From: Candidatus Hydrogenedentota bacterium
GTDB lineage: Bacteria > Hydrogenedentota > Hydrogenedentia > Hydrogenedentales > SLHB01
Length of the DNA stretch: 64,000 nt
Assembly (NCBI GenBank): GCA_963745075.1
Contig: CAVUWV010000008.1
Coordinates: 288,001 to 352,000 of the forward strand
Direction: 5' to 3'
Below, piece by piece: positions 12,109-21,873 of this stretch; position 1 is the first letter of the stretch; each line of letters begins with the position of its first letter. The notes below the pieces were generated by a model. It was given only the letters and a program-made list of their open reading frames with translations, searched no databases and was not told the origin of the DNA. The position numbers and the translations under genes are program-made.

Positions 12109-12887
12109 TGAACACGGTCATTTTCTCGGACGTCCACCTGAACGTGGCGGAGGACGGGCGTGAGCGCATGGCCGAGTGCATCCGCTTTCTCCGCGCCATC
12201 GATCCCGCGGAAACCGACCGCGTCGTGATCCTGGGCGACCTCTTCGACTTCTGGTTCGAATACCGGCACGTCATTTTCAGCGGCTATTTCGACGTGCTGC
12301 GCGCATTCGCCGACCTCCGCGACGCCGGCGTACGCTTCTATTTTGTGTGCGGGAACCACGACTTCTGGGCGGGCGGTTTCCTGCGCGATCGTCTCGGTTT
12401 CGCCATTCACCCCGACCACCTCGTCCTCAACTTCGGAAACAAACGCGTTCTGTTCGTGCATGGGGACGGCATCAACCCGAAAGACGTAAGCTACCGGGTC
12501 TACAAACGCATCGCCCGGTTCCCGCTGGTGGTCGGTTTGTTCCGGTTGCTGCATCCCGATTGGGCCATGGCGCTTGCCCAGGCCGTGTCTCGCGGCAGCC
12601 GCCATCTCACGGGCGTGAAAGATCCCAGCCAGGGACCGGAAGTAGAACCGTTGGAGGAATTCGCTCGCGGAGCATTGGAGCGGGGCGAAGCCGATGTCGT
12701 CATGTGCGGCCACTCCCACTACCCCGTCATGAAGGAGTTTCCCATACCGAACGGCACGGGGCTGTACATCAACACCGGCGACTGGCTGTTCCACCGCTCC
12801 TACGTGGAATGGGACGGCGACGCCTTCTACCCGCGCTCATTCGACCCCGAAACCGCCGGCAAGCCAGTATCCGCCGAGCGCGCATAG
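12108..12887 (+). CDS. lpxH: UDP-2,3-diacylglucosamine diphosphatase (LpxH-like metallophosphoesterase)
   Basis: FSDVHL, LGDLFDFW, GNHD, HGDG, GHSH motifs. Confidence 0.85.
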   Translation: MNTVIFSDVHLNVAEDGRERMAECIRFLRAIDPAETDRVVILGDLFDFWFEYRHVIFSGYFDVLRAFADLRDAGVRFYFVCGNHDFWAGGFLRDRLGFAIHPDHLVLNFGNKRVLFVHGDGINPKDVSYRVYKRIARFPLVVGLFRLLHPDWAMALAQAVSRGSRHLTGVKDPSQGPEVEPLEEFARGALERGEADVVMCGHSHYPVMKEFPIPNGTGLYINTGDWLFHRSYVEWDGDAFYPRSFDPETAGKPVSAERA

Positions 12888-13759
12888 CGCACCGTACAGA
12901 ATCAGCATCAAAAAGATCAGAATGCCGGCGCCGCGTTTGCGCGTGAACGCACGAACGTTTCGGCGGATAATGGTTCCGATGCTGGGGCTGATATCGGCGA
13001 CGATGACGGTGATGTTGTCCTTGCCGCCGTTGTCGTTGGCCATGGTAATCAGGCGGCTGACGATTTCCGCCGGGGCCGCGCGGCGCCGGAACTCCTCGAT
13101 GATTTCCGCATCCTTGCACATGTTGACCAGCCCGTCCGTGCAGAGGAGCAGCATGTCACCCGGCACGATATGCCACATGTAGGTGTCGATATCGACTTGC
13201 GGATGCGTGCCGATGCTTCGCGTCACAATATGCCGCCGGTTATCCGACTCGGCCTCGGCCTTGGTCATCATGCCATACTTGACCTGCTCGTCCACCCACG
13301 AATGGTCTTCCGTCCGGGTAATGATCTCTCCGTCGCGGATGTGATAACAGCGGGAGTCGCCCACGTTTCCGATAAACACCTTGCGCGGCGTGACGATCGC
13401 GCTTAACAGCGTGGTCCCCATGGGACGGCCCTTGGTCACCAGGTCCGTGTTCGTCCTGTGGACGTTGTCGTTGGCAAGTTTAACGGCCTCGCGGATGATC
13501 GGGAGATACCCTTCGTCCTCCTCCGGATCGGCCGCGGGGGCCGGGGGGGCTTCTTGAGCATGTCTTTCGCGATGGAGACAGCCAGCTTGCTGGCGATCTC
13601 GCCTCCCATGTGGCCGCCCAGTCCGTCCGCCACGCAGAGCAGCGCACCTTCACGAAAGAGCTGGAGGTCCGGAGTATCGTCGCGAAATACCCCGTAATAA
13701 TCCTCATTGTTTCGCTTGCGCCGCCCAATATCCGTCTGCGCGGCTATGTCAATACGCAT
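12837..13759 (-). CDS. PP2C-family Ser/Thr protein phosphatase with C-terminal TM helix; one frameshift in a G/C homopolymer (~13540)
   Basis: TDIGRRKRNNED, VADGLGGH in ORF 13436-13798; MGTT, NVGDSR, LLCTDGL, GGKDNIT in ORF 12837-13439. Confidence 0.88.
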
Positions 13760-13868
13760 GCAGCACTGCCCTCCGGCTGTCCTCGGAAACATTAGCAAAC
13801 GACCTTAGACGCAGGCAAGCCCGTTGGGAGCCTTCCTGCGCCGCAACACATCGTCTCAAAAGCGATAT

Positions 13869-14040
13869 CAAAACTCGAAGCGCGAAAACCGAAACAACTT
13901 CGAATGCTTCAACACCGAAACGTTTCAGACGGGTGTCAAATGCCCGTTTTCTTGACGCCCGCGTCTGCTCGTTTCGGACATTTTGCCGATTTCGGTCATT
14001 CGAATTCGTCTCGGAATTTCGCGCTTCGGATTCCGAGTTT
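13869..14040. repeat. Inverted pair of ~7-nt-period AAATCCG/AAGCGCG-type repeats
   Basis: 13869-13906 and 13999-14040 are imperfect reverse complements; a similar copy lies at 43828-43870. Confidence 0.7.
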
Positions 14041-14074
14041 TCTCTGGGGTCGTTTCTCCTTGGCTCTGAACGGG

Positions 14075-14103
14075 TTGACAGGCATCGGACGAGCGACTAG
14101 AAT
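14075..14103 (+). promoter_or_regulatory. Sigma-70 promoter
   Basis: TTGACA-N17-TAGAAT, ~40 nt upstream of ATG 14145. Confidence 0.75.
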
Positions 14104-14144
14104 CGCCAGAGGTTGGCAAGCCGCCTGCGGGGAGCACTTTACGT

Positions 14145-16754
14145 ATGAAACGGTTCAACTTCGGCTCTTTCCTGGTAGACGAGTCGAACGAGCATGCCTT
14201 TCAGTTGTGCCACGATGTCGCCGACCTCAAACCCGTGAACCCGGTCCCGGTCGTGTTGCTGGGTGACGAGGGGTGTGGGAAAACCCACCTCCTCTATTCC
14301 ATCGTCAACCGCGTCCGCGCGGGCTCGTCCAAGACCGGCCTTGCCTACGTCACCGCGTACGATTTCCCCGATCAGGTGCGGGCGCTGATCGACGACCCTT
14401 CGCCCGTCGAGCGGGCCCAATCCGCCATCCTCCTGGTCGATCAATTCGAACGGTTCCGCGACCTCGTGGAAGAGCTGGAAGCTGTCATCCGCATCTTCCT
14501 CGATAACAATCATTATGTCGTCATCGCTACCAGCGTTCATCCCGGACGCTTGCATCATCTCAGCGACAGTTTCAAAGCTTTGCTCGATTCAGGTCAAATG
14601 ACCCAGATCGTACCCAAGGGCACGGAAACACAGATCGACCGCATCAAGCGGCAGCTTCGCGAAGAGAGCGAATCCCAGCTCCAGAAAAAGCAGGAAGAGA
14701 TCGAAGAGTTGCGCGGGCTGCTCAGCCGAGTCGGCAAGGATGCCGACCCCGATACGTCCGCGACCATTGCAGGTCTCCGCGAGGAACTCGACGCAGAACG
14801 CATCGCCAAGGCGGAAGTAACCAAGAAGTACGATGTCGCAAGAGATCTCGCGGGAAGCGTGCAGGACGAACTCGCGTCCGCACGCTCCGAGATGGATCGC
14901 TTGCGCAACACCGCGCAGGAAGCCGAAAGGGCCGCGCGCGCCGCGGCGGAGGCGGAACTCAACGAAGTTCGCGAAAAACTTGGGCAAGCGGAATCCACCG
15001 CCGCCGACCGCGCCTCGGAGATCGAACGACTCAATCGTGCGCTGGACGAAGCGGCGACGCTGAATGAAACGGTCGCTTCTCTCGAGGAACGGTTGGCTCA
15101 GGCAAAGACGGAAGCCGAAGAGAATCTGGAAACCGCGCGCAACCTGCACGAAAAGATGGAAGCAGCGGAAGAAAAGGTTACGTCCGAGACTGGAACCGCT
15201 GAATCGCTCCGGTCCCGGCTGCAGAAGTTGGAAGCGGATCTCGCCGGTCATACCGAGACGGAAGAGGCCTTGCGTTCGGAGTTGCTGGAAGCCAGGACTC
15301 AATCGGCGCAGCAAGCCGCCGAACTGGATTCCGCGCGACAGGAGATTGCCGACCTGCGCGCCCAGTCCGAAGGCGTGTCCGCTTCGGAACAGGAACTGCG
15401 TGACGAGTTGAACCGCGCGCGCACCGAACTCAGCGCCGGGCAAGGTACGATTCGGGACTTACAGGAACAGTTGCAGCGGGCCGAGTCGGAAGCGGGATCC
15501 CATGCGGCGACCTCCGGCGGTCTGCGCGCACAATTGGAATCGACCCGCGCCGACTTGACCGCGCAACTCGACGAACTTCGCCGCGAAAAATCCGTTGCCG
15601 AAGCGGAGCGCGACGAGGTCGTCCAACGTGCAGAGCAATTGCTGGAACAAATCGGCGGGATTCGCGCTGAGTATCGCGCCGTCGAGGAAGAACAGCAAAC
15701 GCGCATCGCCGCGCTCGAAACGGCCATCGAAACCCAGGCCGCCAATGCCGTCGATCCCGACGAGGTGAGCCGCCTCCAAGACTTAGCCGAACAAACGACT
15801 GCCGAGCTGGAATCGTTGCGCCAAGTATCGGCAGCGGAGACCGACCAGCTCCGGCAGCAGGCCGACGATCTGCGCGACCAAGTGCGCCGCTTGGAACAGG
15901 AACGCGTGTCCCTCGAGTCGGACAAGTCCGCCGCCACACAGGAATGCGAGAAGCTGCGGGCCGCCTTGGAAACCGCCAAGAGCGAGGCCGAACGCGAGAT
16001 CAACGATCTGCGCAGCGCGTTAGATCAAACCGCCAACGCCCAAGACGCATTGAACGGGCAACTGCAGGAGTCGGGCGCGGAACGCGAGCGCCTACAGGAA
16101 CGCGTGTCGACGTTGGAGGAAGATCGCGATCAGTTCGATATGGTGCGCCAGGAACTCGTTCGCGAACGGGACGCTCTTCAGTCCGAACGCGATGCCGCAC
16201 AGGCTCAGGCCGACGAGGCACGCCGGGAACGCTCCGCCGCGCGCGCGGAGACCGAGTCCCGTGTCGCGGAGCTGACATCCGCGCTCGAATCCAAGGACTC
16301 GGAACTCAACCGCGCCAAGGAGGCCGCCGACGGGCGCATCGCCGACCTTGAATCCGCCTTGCGGACCAAGGAATCCGAACTGGCGAGTGCACGGGAAAAC
16401 GCGGATGCGCGGATCGCCGAGTTGGAGTCATCCTTTCAATCGAAGCAAGCGGAGTGCGACGCGGCCTACACCCGCGCGAACGAACTCGAACTGGAAATCG
16501 CGCAAATGCGGGAGGCGTCCGATGCCATGCGCCGCGCCAGCAGCGATGCGGGCCAACGGTTGGAAGGAGCTGCCCGCAGCCTCGCCGACATCGCAACGGG
16601 GCTCGTATCCGCATTGCAGAACGTAACCCCCGCCGCCAGCGACGATTCCGATCGGGCCATGCGCTCGGCCCACGACGCCGTCGCCGGCGCCCTCGAAAAA
16701 CTCCGCCCTCTCGAAGACCTCGAAGGCTACGAAGAAGAAGACCACTCGATCTAA
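14145..16754 (+). CDS. DnaA/Hda-like ATPase domain fused to a long coiled coil
   Basis: FNFGSFLVDESNEHA, VVLLGDEGCGKTHLL, ILLVDQFE in the first ~170 aa; the remainder is E/A/L/R-rich heptad sequence. Confidence 0.85.
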   Translation: MKRFNFGSFLVDESNEHAFQLCHDVADLKPVNPVPVVLLGDEGCGKTHLLYSIVNRVRAGSSKTGLAYVTAYDFPDQVRALIDDPSPVERAQSAILLVDQFERFRDLVEELEAVIRIFLDNNHYVVIATSVHPGRLHHLSDSFKALLDSGQMTQIVPKGTETQIDRIKRQLREESESQLQKKQEEIEELRGLLSRVGKDADPDTSATIAGLREELDAERIAKAEVTKKYDVARDLAGSVQDELASARSEMDRLRNTAQEAERAARAAAEAELNEVREKLGQAESTAADRASEIERLNRALDEAATLNETVASLEERLAQAKTEAEENLETARNLHEKMEAAEEKVTSETGTAESLRSRLQKLEADLAGHTETEEALRSELLEARTQSAQQAAELDSARQEIADLRAQSEGVSASEQELRDELNRARTELSAGQGTIRDLQEQLQRAESEAGSHAATSGGLRAQLESTRADLTAQLDELRREKSVAEAERDEVVQRAEQLLEQIGGIRAEYRAVEEEQQTRIAALETAIETQAANAVDPDEVSRLQDLAEQTTAELESLRQVSAAETDQLRQQADDLRDQVRRLEQERVSLESDKSAATQECEKLRAALETAKSEAEREINDLRSALDQTANAQDALNGQLQESGAERERLQERVSTLEEDRDQFDMVRQELVRERDALQSERDAAQAQADEARRERSAARAETESRVAELTSALESKDSELNRAKEAADGRIADLESALRTKESELASARENADARIAELESSFQSKQAECDAAYTRANELELEIAQMREASDAMRRASSDAGQRLEGAARSLADIATGLVSALQNVTPAASDDSDRAMRSAHDAVAGALEKLRPLEDLEGYEEEDHSI

Positions 16755-16886
16755 GAGCGTATTTCAAAAGTGGGATTCTTGTCGTCATCCGGGTGGGCTG
16801 CTTGACTCTGGAGTAGGCTGGAAGCCCGCACCACAATTTGCCCAAACTGTGCCGAACGTGACCATGGCCACTTCTGATACACGCTC
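16755..16886. mobile_element. Putative MITE (132 bp) with IS5-family-like ends
   Basis: TIRs GAGCGTATTTCAAAAGTGG / CCACTTCTGATACACGCTC (16 of 19 complementary), flanked on both sides by TAA. Confidence 0.65.
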
Positions 16887-16983
16887 TAAAGCATTCTAAC
16901 TTCTTCGGCGTCAACTCAATCGCACACGGTACGGCATGTTTGTGGAATCAAGTATCCGGTTACCCAATCAAGGGGGGGCGCCC

Positions 16984-17910
16984 TTACAGCGCAGCGGCGA
17001 TTCGGCTGAGGATGCCTTTGAGGCCGCGGCGATGCTGGTTGGGGCAGGCACTTTCGCCGCAGTTGATGCAAATTTCCGGCAACCTCTTCGCGTCGCCTTC
17101 GTGGAGGCCGTCCCGGATTTCCTGGACGCGTGCGCTGTGCCACACGTCCTGAACGGATTGTTTCGACACGTCGCCGAGGACGGTCGTGCGCAGCCAGTCC
17201 ACGCAGCACAGGGGAACCTGGCCGTTGAAGAGAATCATCATGTCACGCGACGGGCGGATGCAGTCGCCCATGGATTTCATGGCGCCGATATTCATATCGT
17301 CGGCACCCTTGATGTTTCCGCCGCGATTTTCGAGGGCGGACGTCACGAGCCGGACACCATGCTTCTTCCAGAACTTGCGCGTGCGCTCGATATCGTGGAC
17401 AGTCTTCTTTGTCACCACCATGGAGACGCGGAAATCGATCTTGGCGCGCTTGCGCCGGATCGTTTCCTGGAAGGCGATGCAGTTTTCGATGACCTTCGTG
17501 CTCTCGTAACCCATGATCTCTTTATTGATCTGGGGATCGAGGGATTGCAGGCTGCACTTGAGCTGTTTGAGTCCCGCGTCAATGAGGGCCTCACCGCGCT
17601 CTTTCGTGAGGTACGTGCCGTTGGTAATGACCTGCGACTTGGTTTCCGGCAACTTCTCCGTGACGTAGGCGGCGAAGTCCGGCAACCGCTTATCTGACAG
17701 CGGTTCGTTCATCATGTACAAGCCCAGGCGCCGGGGCGGCGTCCGGGTCAGATCGTCCACGATCTTGTGAAACAGCTCGACCGGCATGCGGCCGTGTTCG
17801 AGGTCGCTGTTCAATACTTCCTCGTTGGGACAAAACACGCACCGGCCGTTGCATCCGGCCTGCGTCTGAATCTGGACCCGGGGCGGCCCGGGCGGCGCTT
17901 GCACGCTCAC
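16984..17910 (-). CDS. Radical SAM protein with SPASM/twitch domain
   Basis: CNGRCVFC, NEPL, C-terminal CIRP...LCCVDW...CINC. Confidence 0.92.
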   Translation of the reverse strand: MSVQAPPGPPRVQIQTQAGCNGRCVFCPNEEVLNSDLEHGRMPVELFHKIVDDLTRTPPRRLGLYMMNEPLSDKRLPDFAAYVTEKLPETKSQVITNGTYLTKERGEALIDAGLKQLKCSLQSLDPQINKEIMGYESTKVIENCIAFQETIRRKRAKIDFRVSMVVTKKTVHDIERTRKFWKKHGVRLVTSALENRGGNIKGADDMNIGAMKSMGDCIRPSRDMMILFNGQVPLCCVDWLRTTVLGDVSKQSVQDVWHSARVQEIRDGLHEGDAKRLPEICINCGESACPNQHRRGLKGILSRIAAAL

Positions 17911-18059
17911 GGAGATATCTTCCTGTTTGCAGTATGATGAGCCTTCAAGAAAACGTAATTATAACAGACCGTTCCCGCGGGATGCACACGGCTGGACCGT
18001 AGCGAGTGACTTCAAATCTCTCCAATTCTATAAAGAAGAAACCAAGTAATTTCGAAGAA

Positions 18060-18206
18060 CACAGCCGAGGGCGGCTGTGCCACACGGGTGATTGCAAAGA
18101 TTTTGTCCCTGTTTCATAAGTCCCGGTCGCGCCCAAATACAAATCGAAGAATAATTCAGAATCGTCCAACGGGCAAGCGCGTGTGGCACAGCCGCCCTCG
18201 GCTGTG
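18060..18206. repeat. REP doublet, family A (GTGTGGCACAGCCGCCCTCGGCTGTG)
   Basis: Perfect 26-nt inverted copies at 18060-18085 and 18181-18206. Confidence 0.85.
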
Positions 18207-18215
18207 TCTTTTGGG

Positions 18216-21200
18216 TCATTTCAGGATATTTCGCAGGGCATCTGCGGCCCGGTCCACTAGCTCGTCCCGGACGATGCTGGTGGTGGTCTTGAGCGTCCGA
18301 AGTACGTCATCGGTGACCTCACCAACGATCGGCGGACCGAACCCATAGCGGGTAGACGGGTTATCCGGGGGGCCGGTGACCAGGATGCGCATGCCCCCCG
18401 CCGAGCGCAGATGGTCCGCGACTTCCCGGACCCCGGGCACGAGGTCGCCCGCGCTGAGAACCGATTCCAACAGGTTTACGTGGACTAGCAGTTCCGTGTC
18501 GTTGGCAGGAAAGTTGATGGTGCCGCGGGCCGCAATCAGGTAAGTAGGTGTGCGGATTTCCATATCCTGGACCGTCATCAACCCCTGATTCATGGTAATG
18601 GTGCCCCGGCACCGGTCGAACGAGAGGCCTTCATCGCGCACGGACGGCAGTCGCAGCCGGGTGATTTCCGTGGCGCGCAAGACGGTCAGGATTTGCGTCG
18701 CGATCCCCAGCTTGCCGAAGGTCCCGTTTTCGCCGGTGAATTCGATGCTTCCGGACATCCCGTGAGTCGGGTCAACCCCCTCGCCGGTCGGCATTTGCAG
18801 AATAACGGTGCCGTTCAGGTTCCCCTTCAAGCCGCGGGGTTCGACGAAAGCCAGTTCGTCGATTACCTGCGCCGGAACATTGGTCACGACCATTTCCGTG
18901 GAGAACTGTCCTGTTGGCTCACCGCTCGCCATGGTGAGGGTGCCCGTGATGGAACCGCCGTTCCGATCGAGGCGCAAATTCTCCACCTGAATGTGGCCGT
19001 TCTGCGCGACCACCGTGGCGGATGCGTTGGTGAAATGCGCCTGCCGGTAAATCAACGCGTCAAGATTCGCACTGAACGAGCCCGTGAACGGTTCGGCCGC
19101 ATCCGAATGCGCCGGGCTGCTTGCCGGGGTTACGTCGGCGGGTTCGGACGGTTCCCCCTGGTATTCTTTGACCGCCGCGAACAGGTTCTCGACGCCGTTG
19201 ATGTCGAGCTGTTGCCCCGTGACGCTGCCCGACCAGTGACCCGCGCGTTTCTCGGCGGTGACGTGGCAATCCGAGTTCGCGCCCACGACTGCCAGATCGC
19301 GAACGGAAACGCCGTCCGGATGGATTGAAATCCCGCCGTTAACCGAATCGATTGTGAGGTCGGGGCTCAACGCCGCGCCGAATTCCATCAGGGTTAAATC
19401 AAGTTCCGTGGGATTCGTTGCAACGCGGCCCTGGATACGGCCATGGGCTTCGCCGCCGCGTGCGAGCAGGGGGGCGAGCATTGCCACGTTGAGGTCGAGG
19501 GGATCGATGATGAATCGATCGCTTTCGAAGCGGCCTTGTACCGCCTCGCCCAGGCATTCGACGCGCAGCGACTGGGCCTGCCAGATATCCGCGGTTGCTT
19601 CGCCCGTTACGTCGAGCGACGAGACCACACCGGACCCCTTGTGGATGTATTGTCCGTAGGTCAAATCCGTCGCGTCCAGCGTGAGGTGGGCGACGAACCG
19701 CTTCTGATCGTAGGAGCGGGTAAAACCGACGTCCATGTCGCCGCTCGCGGTGGCCGTATCCGGCAGCATGGCCTGCAACGCCGTACCGGGGATGGTCGCG
19801 TCAACCTTCACATCCCCCAAGGCCCACGCTTCGCCATCCTTGCGCCACGCAACGTCGCCCGCGAGTTTCGGCGTCCCGTTGCGCGCAAACGTGACCGCCG
19901 CGCGCGGCTGGTCCGGCCCCGGCAACTGCACCGTGATGTCAAAGGCAGATGGTCCGTAGGCCGCGACGATCCCCGGCGCCACGTCTTTGGCCGCCGCCTG
20001 TTTCAGGAACGGGAGATCCATTTGCGACAGATCGCCCTGGACCGTTCCACGCCATTCCCGTTGATCGAGCAGGTATTGTCCATCGACCGTCGTCGCACCG
20101 AGTTTTTGCGAGGAGGCCTGCGCCTTGGTTTCAATGCGGCCGGGCTGCGCGGTGAACGTGGCCGACAACGGCGCGAACCGATCGTTCCACGCGTCGGATT
20201 TAATGCCCAGGACGCCGTTCTTCACATCGCCTTCGACGACCAAATCGGCGGGCATGCCTTCACCTGGTACGATGGTCGCCTTGATGCGACTCAGGTGCAC
20301 GCGGCCAGCGGCCTCGGAAATCTGCGGAAGGTCGACTAGACTTCGTAATCGCTCCCGCGTCAGATCGACTTGACCCGAAAGATCGATGGCCGTGACGCCG
20401 TTCGAGAAGTCCGGGGTCACGTCGCCTTTCAACGATATCCCTTCCGATGCAACGCGTTGGACGTGAATCACGCCCTCCTCGAAGGTTACGTCGCCGGAGA
20501 CCCCTTGATATGCGGTCTCTCCAGACTTGGTCGCCACGTTGATACCTTCAAACTGTGCCGTGCCCTGTACGAGCCGGAGGTAGTGGTCGGGCGTAAGTCC
20601 CAGCAGCACGTCGTCGCCGGAGAAGGTGCCATCGGTGGTGGCGGAAAGACGGAACGGTAGATCCGGAGGATACCGGAGAAGGTCGTTGAGGCCTTCGCCA
20701 TGGACCTGCGCATGCGCAACGTGTGCCGCGACGCTACCATCGCTCGGCACCGACACATCGCCGCGAATTTCGGCGGCCGCGGTCTGCCAGGCAAATCCGT
20801 TCAGCGTGAAGGTCCCCTGGTCCCACCAGCCCTCCGCCGTGAAGGGACCCGAGAGCGAATCCATATCGGCCCCGTCGATAGGCTTGGGCGCCGCGTCTCC
20901 GCTGATGTCGGCCCGGTAGGTGAGTTTCGCCGTGCGCTCGAAGGTGGCCTTCGCGTTGGCAATGGCGCTTGGAATGTTCCGCGTCTTGACGAGGGTCTCC
21001 GTGTCCACGCCAGTCACCGATACGTCCCCGGATACGCCGATTCCCATCTCAGGATCGCCGGTTCGCGTTACGGTCGCCTGGCCGGTGAATCGGGCATTCT
21101 CGCCCAAGAGCGGGATGGTACCGTCGCCGTGGATGGCGATCGCCTTTGTGAGCACGTCATCGACCGCGATGTCTCCCTCCAGTGCATAGTCCGAGCCCGA

Positions 21201-21719
21201 ACCGAAAACGAGATGGGCTCCGTCGGCCCGGATGGTACCGACCAACAGTCGTTGCGAGCCGCTTTCGGATGCGGAATCGCCTGTCGCGGAAGACACAGAG
21301 TCGACAACCGTATTGATGCGTGAACGCGCGTCGCCCACGTCGGTTGGCAGCGTGACGACCAGCCCGCGCAGCAGGATTTCTTCGATTTCGATGGTGCCGT
21401 GTCCGAGGCTCGCCAACCGGGGGTAGGCGACCACGTCGCTGCACACGGCCTGAAAGTCGCCCTCGCCCACGACCACGTCCCTCACGTGGGCCGACGGCAC
21501 CGGCAGCAAGGTCAGATCGATGTCGCCCAGTTTGACGGGAAGCCCCGTCGCCTTGGCGAGTCGCTCGGTAATCATCGGCCGGTATCGTTCCGGCCGAATC
21601 GCCCGCTCCACGACAAACCACGTTCCCGCGATCAGGACCAGCACGGTCCCCAGGATCCACGGCCATCGTCGTCGCCGCGGTCTGAAGGAAGACGGCATTC
21701 TCTGGGAGTTTTCCGGCAT
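18216..21719 (-). CDS. AsmA-like (repeating beta-groove) envelope protein
   Basis: N-terminal TM anchor, ITERLAKATGLPVKLGDIDLTLLP AsmA N-terminus, Gly/beta-rich body, C-terminal LVTGPPDNP. Confidence 0.85.
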   Translation of the reverse strand: MPENSQRMPSSFRPRRRRWPWILGTVLVLIAGTWFVVERAIRPERYRPMITERLAKATGLPVKLGDIDLTLLPVPSAHVRDVVVGEGDFQAVCSDVVAYPRLASLGHGTIEIEEILLRGLVVTLPTDVGDARSRINTVVDSVSSATGDSASESGSQRLLVGTIRADGAHLVFGSGSDYALEGDIAVDDVLTKAIAIHGDGTIPLLGENARFTGQATVTRTGDPEMGIGVSGDVSVTGVDTETLVKTRNIPSAIANAKATFERTAKLTYRADISGDAAPKPIDGADMDSLSGPFTAEGWWDQGTFTLNGFAWQTAAAEIRGDVSVPSDGSVAAHVAHAQVHGEGLNDLLRYPPDLPFRLSATTDGTFSGDDVLLGLTPDHYLRLVQGTAQFEGINVATKSGETAYQGVSGDVTFEEGVIHVQRVASEGISLKGDVTPDFSNGVTAIDLSGQVDLTRERLRSLVDLPQISEAAGRVHLSRIKATIVPGEGMPADLVVEGDVKNGVLGIKSDAWNDRFAPLSATFTAQPGRIETKAQASSQKLGATTVDGQYLLDQREWRGTVQGDLSQMDLPFLKQAAAKDVAPGIVAAYGPSAFDITVQLPGPDQPRAAVTFARNGTPKLAGDVAWRKDGEAWALGDVKVDATIPGTALQAMLPDTATASGDMDVGFTRSYDQKRFVAHLTLDATDLTYGQYIHKGSGVVSSLDVTGEATADIWQAQSLRVECLGEAVQGRFESDRFIIDPLDLNVAMLAPLLARGGEAHGRIQGRVATNPTELDLTLMEFGAALSPDLTIDSVNGGISIHPDGVSVRDLAVVGANSDCHVTAEKRAGHWSGSVTGQQLDINGVENLFAAVKEYQGEPSEPADVTPASSPAHSDAAEPFTGSFSANLDALIYRQAHFTNASATVVAQNGHIQVENLRLDRNGGSITGTLTMASGEPTGQFSTEMVVTNVPAQVIDELAFVEPRGLKGNLNGTVILQMPTGEGVDPTHGMSGSIEFTGENGTFGKLGIATQILTVLRATEITRLRLPSVRDEGLSFDRCRGTITMNQGLMTVQDMEIRTPTYLIAARGTINFPANDTELLVHVNLLESVLSAGDLVPGVREVADHLRSAGGMRILVTGPPDNPSTRYGFGPPIVGEVTDDVLRTLKTTTSIVRDELVDRAADALRNILK

Positions 21720-21873
21720 GGAATCAGTGTAACACGTGGGAAGGGGGACCAAACGTTCATTTCTTCGGTCTCATTGGTCGTCGGTCCTATCGCCCCTCCC
21801 GTGTGCATGTTCCCGCGAACATACGGTATGATCCCCGCTTTCGACTCAAACCCCGGGAAAACTGGACAAGACC

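Noticed and set aside
18060..18206. Repeat-spacer-repeat as a mini CRISPR array
   Set aside because: The repeats are inverted, come only in pairs, have variable long spacers, and no cas genes are present.
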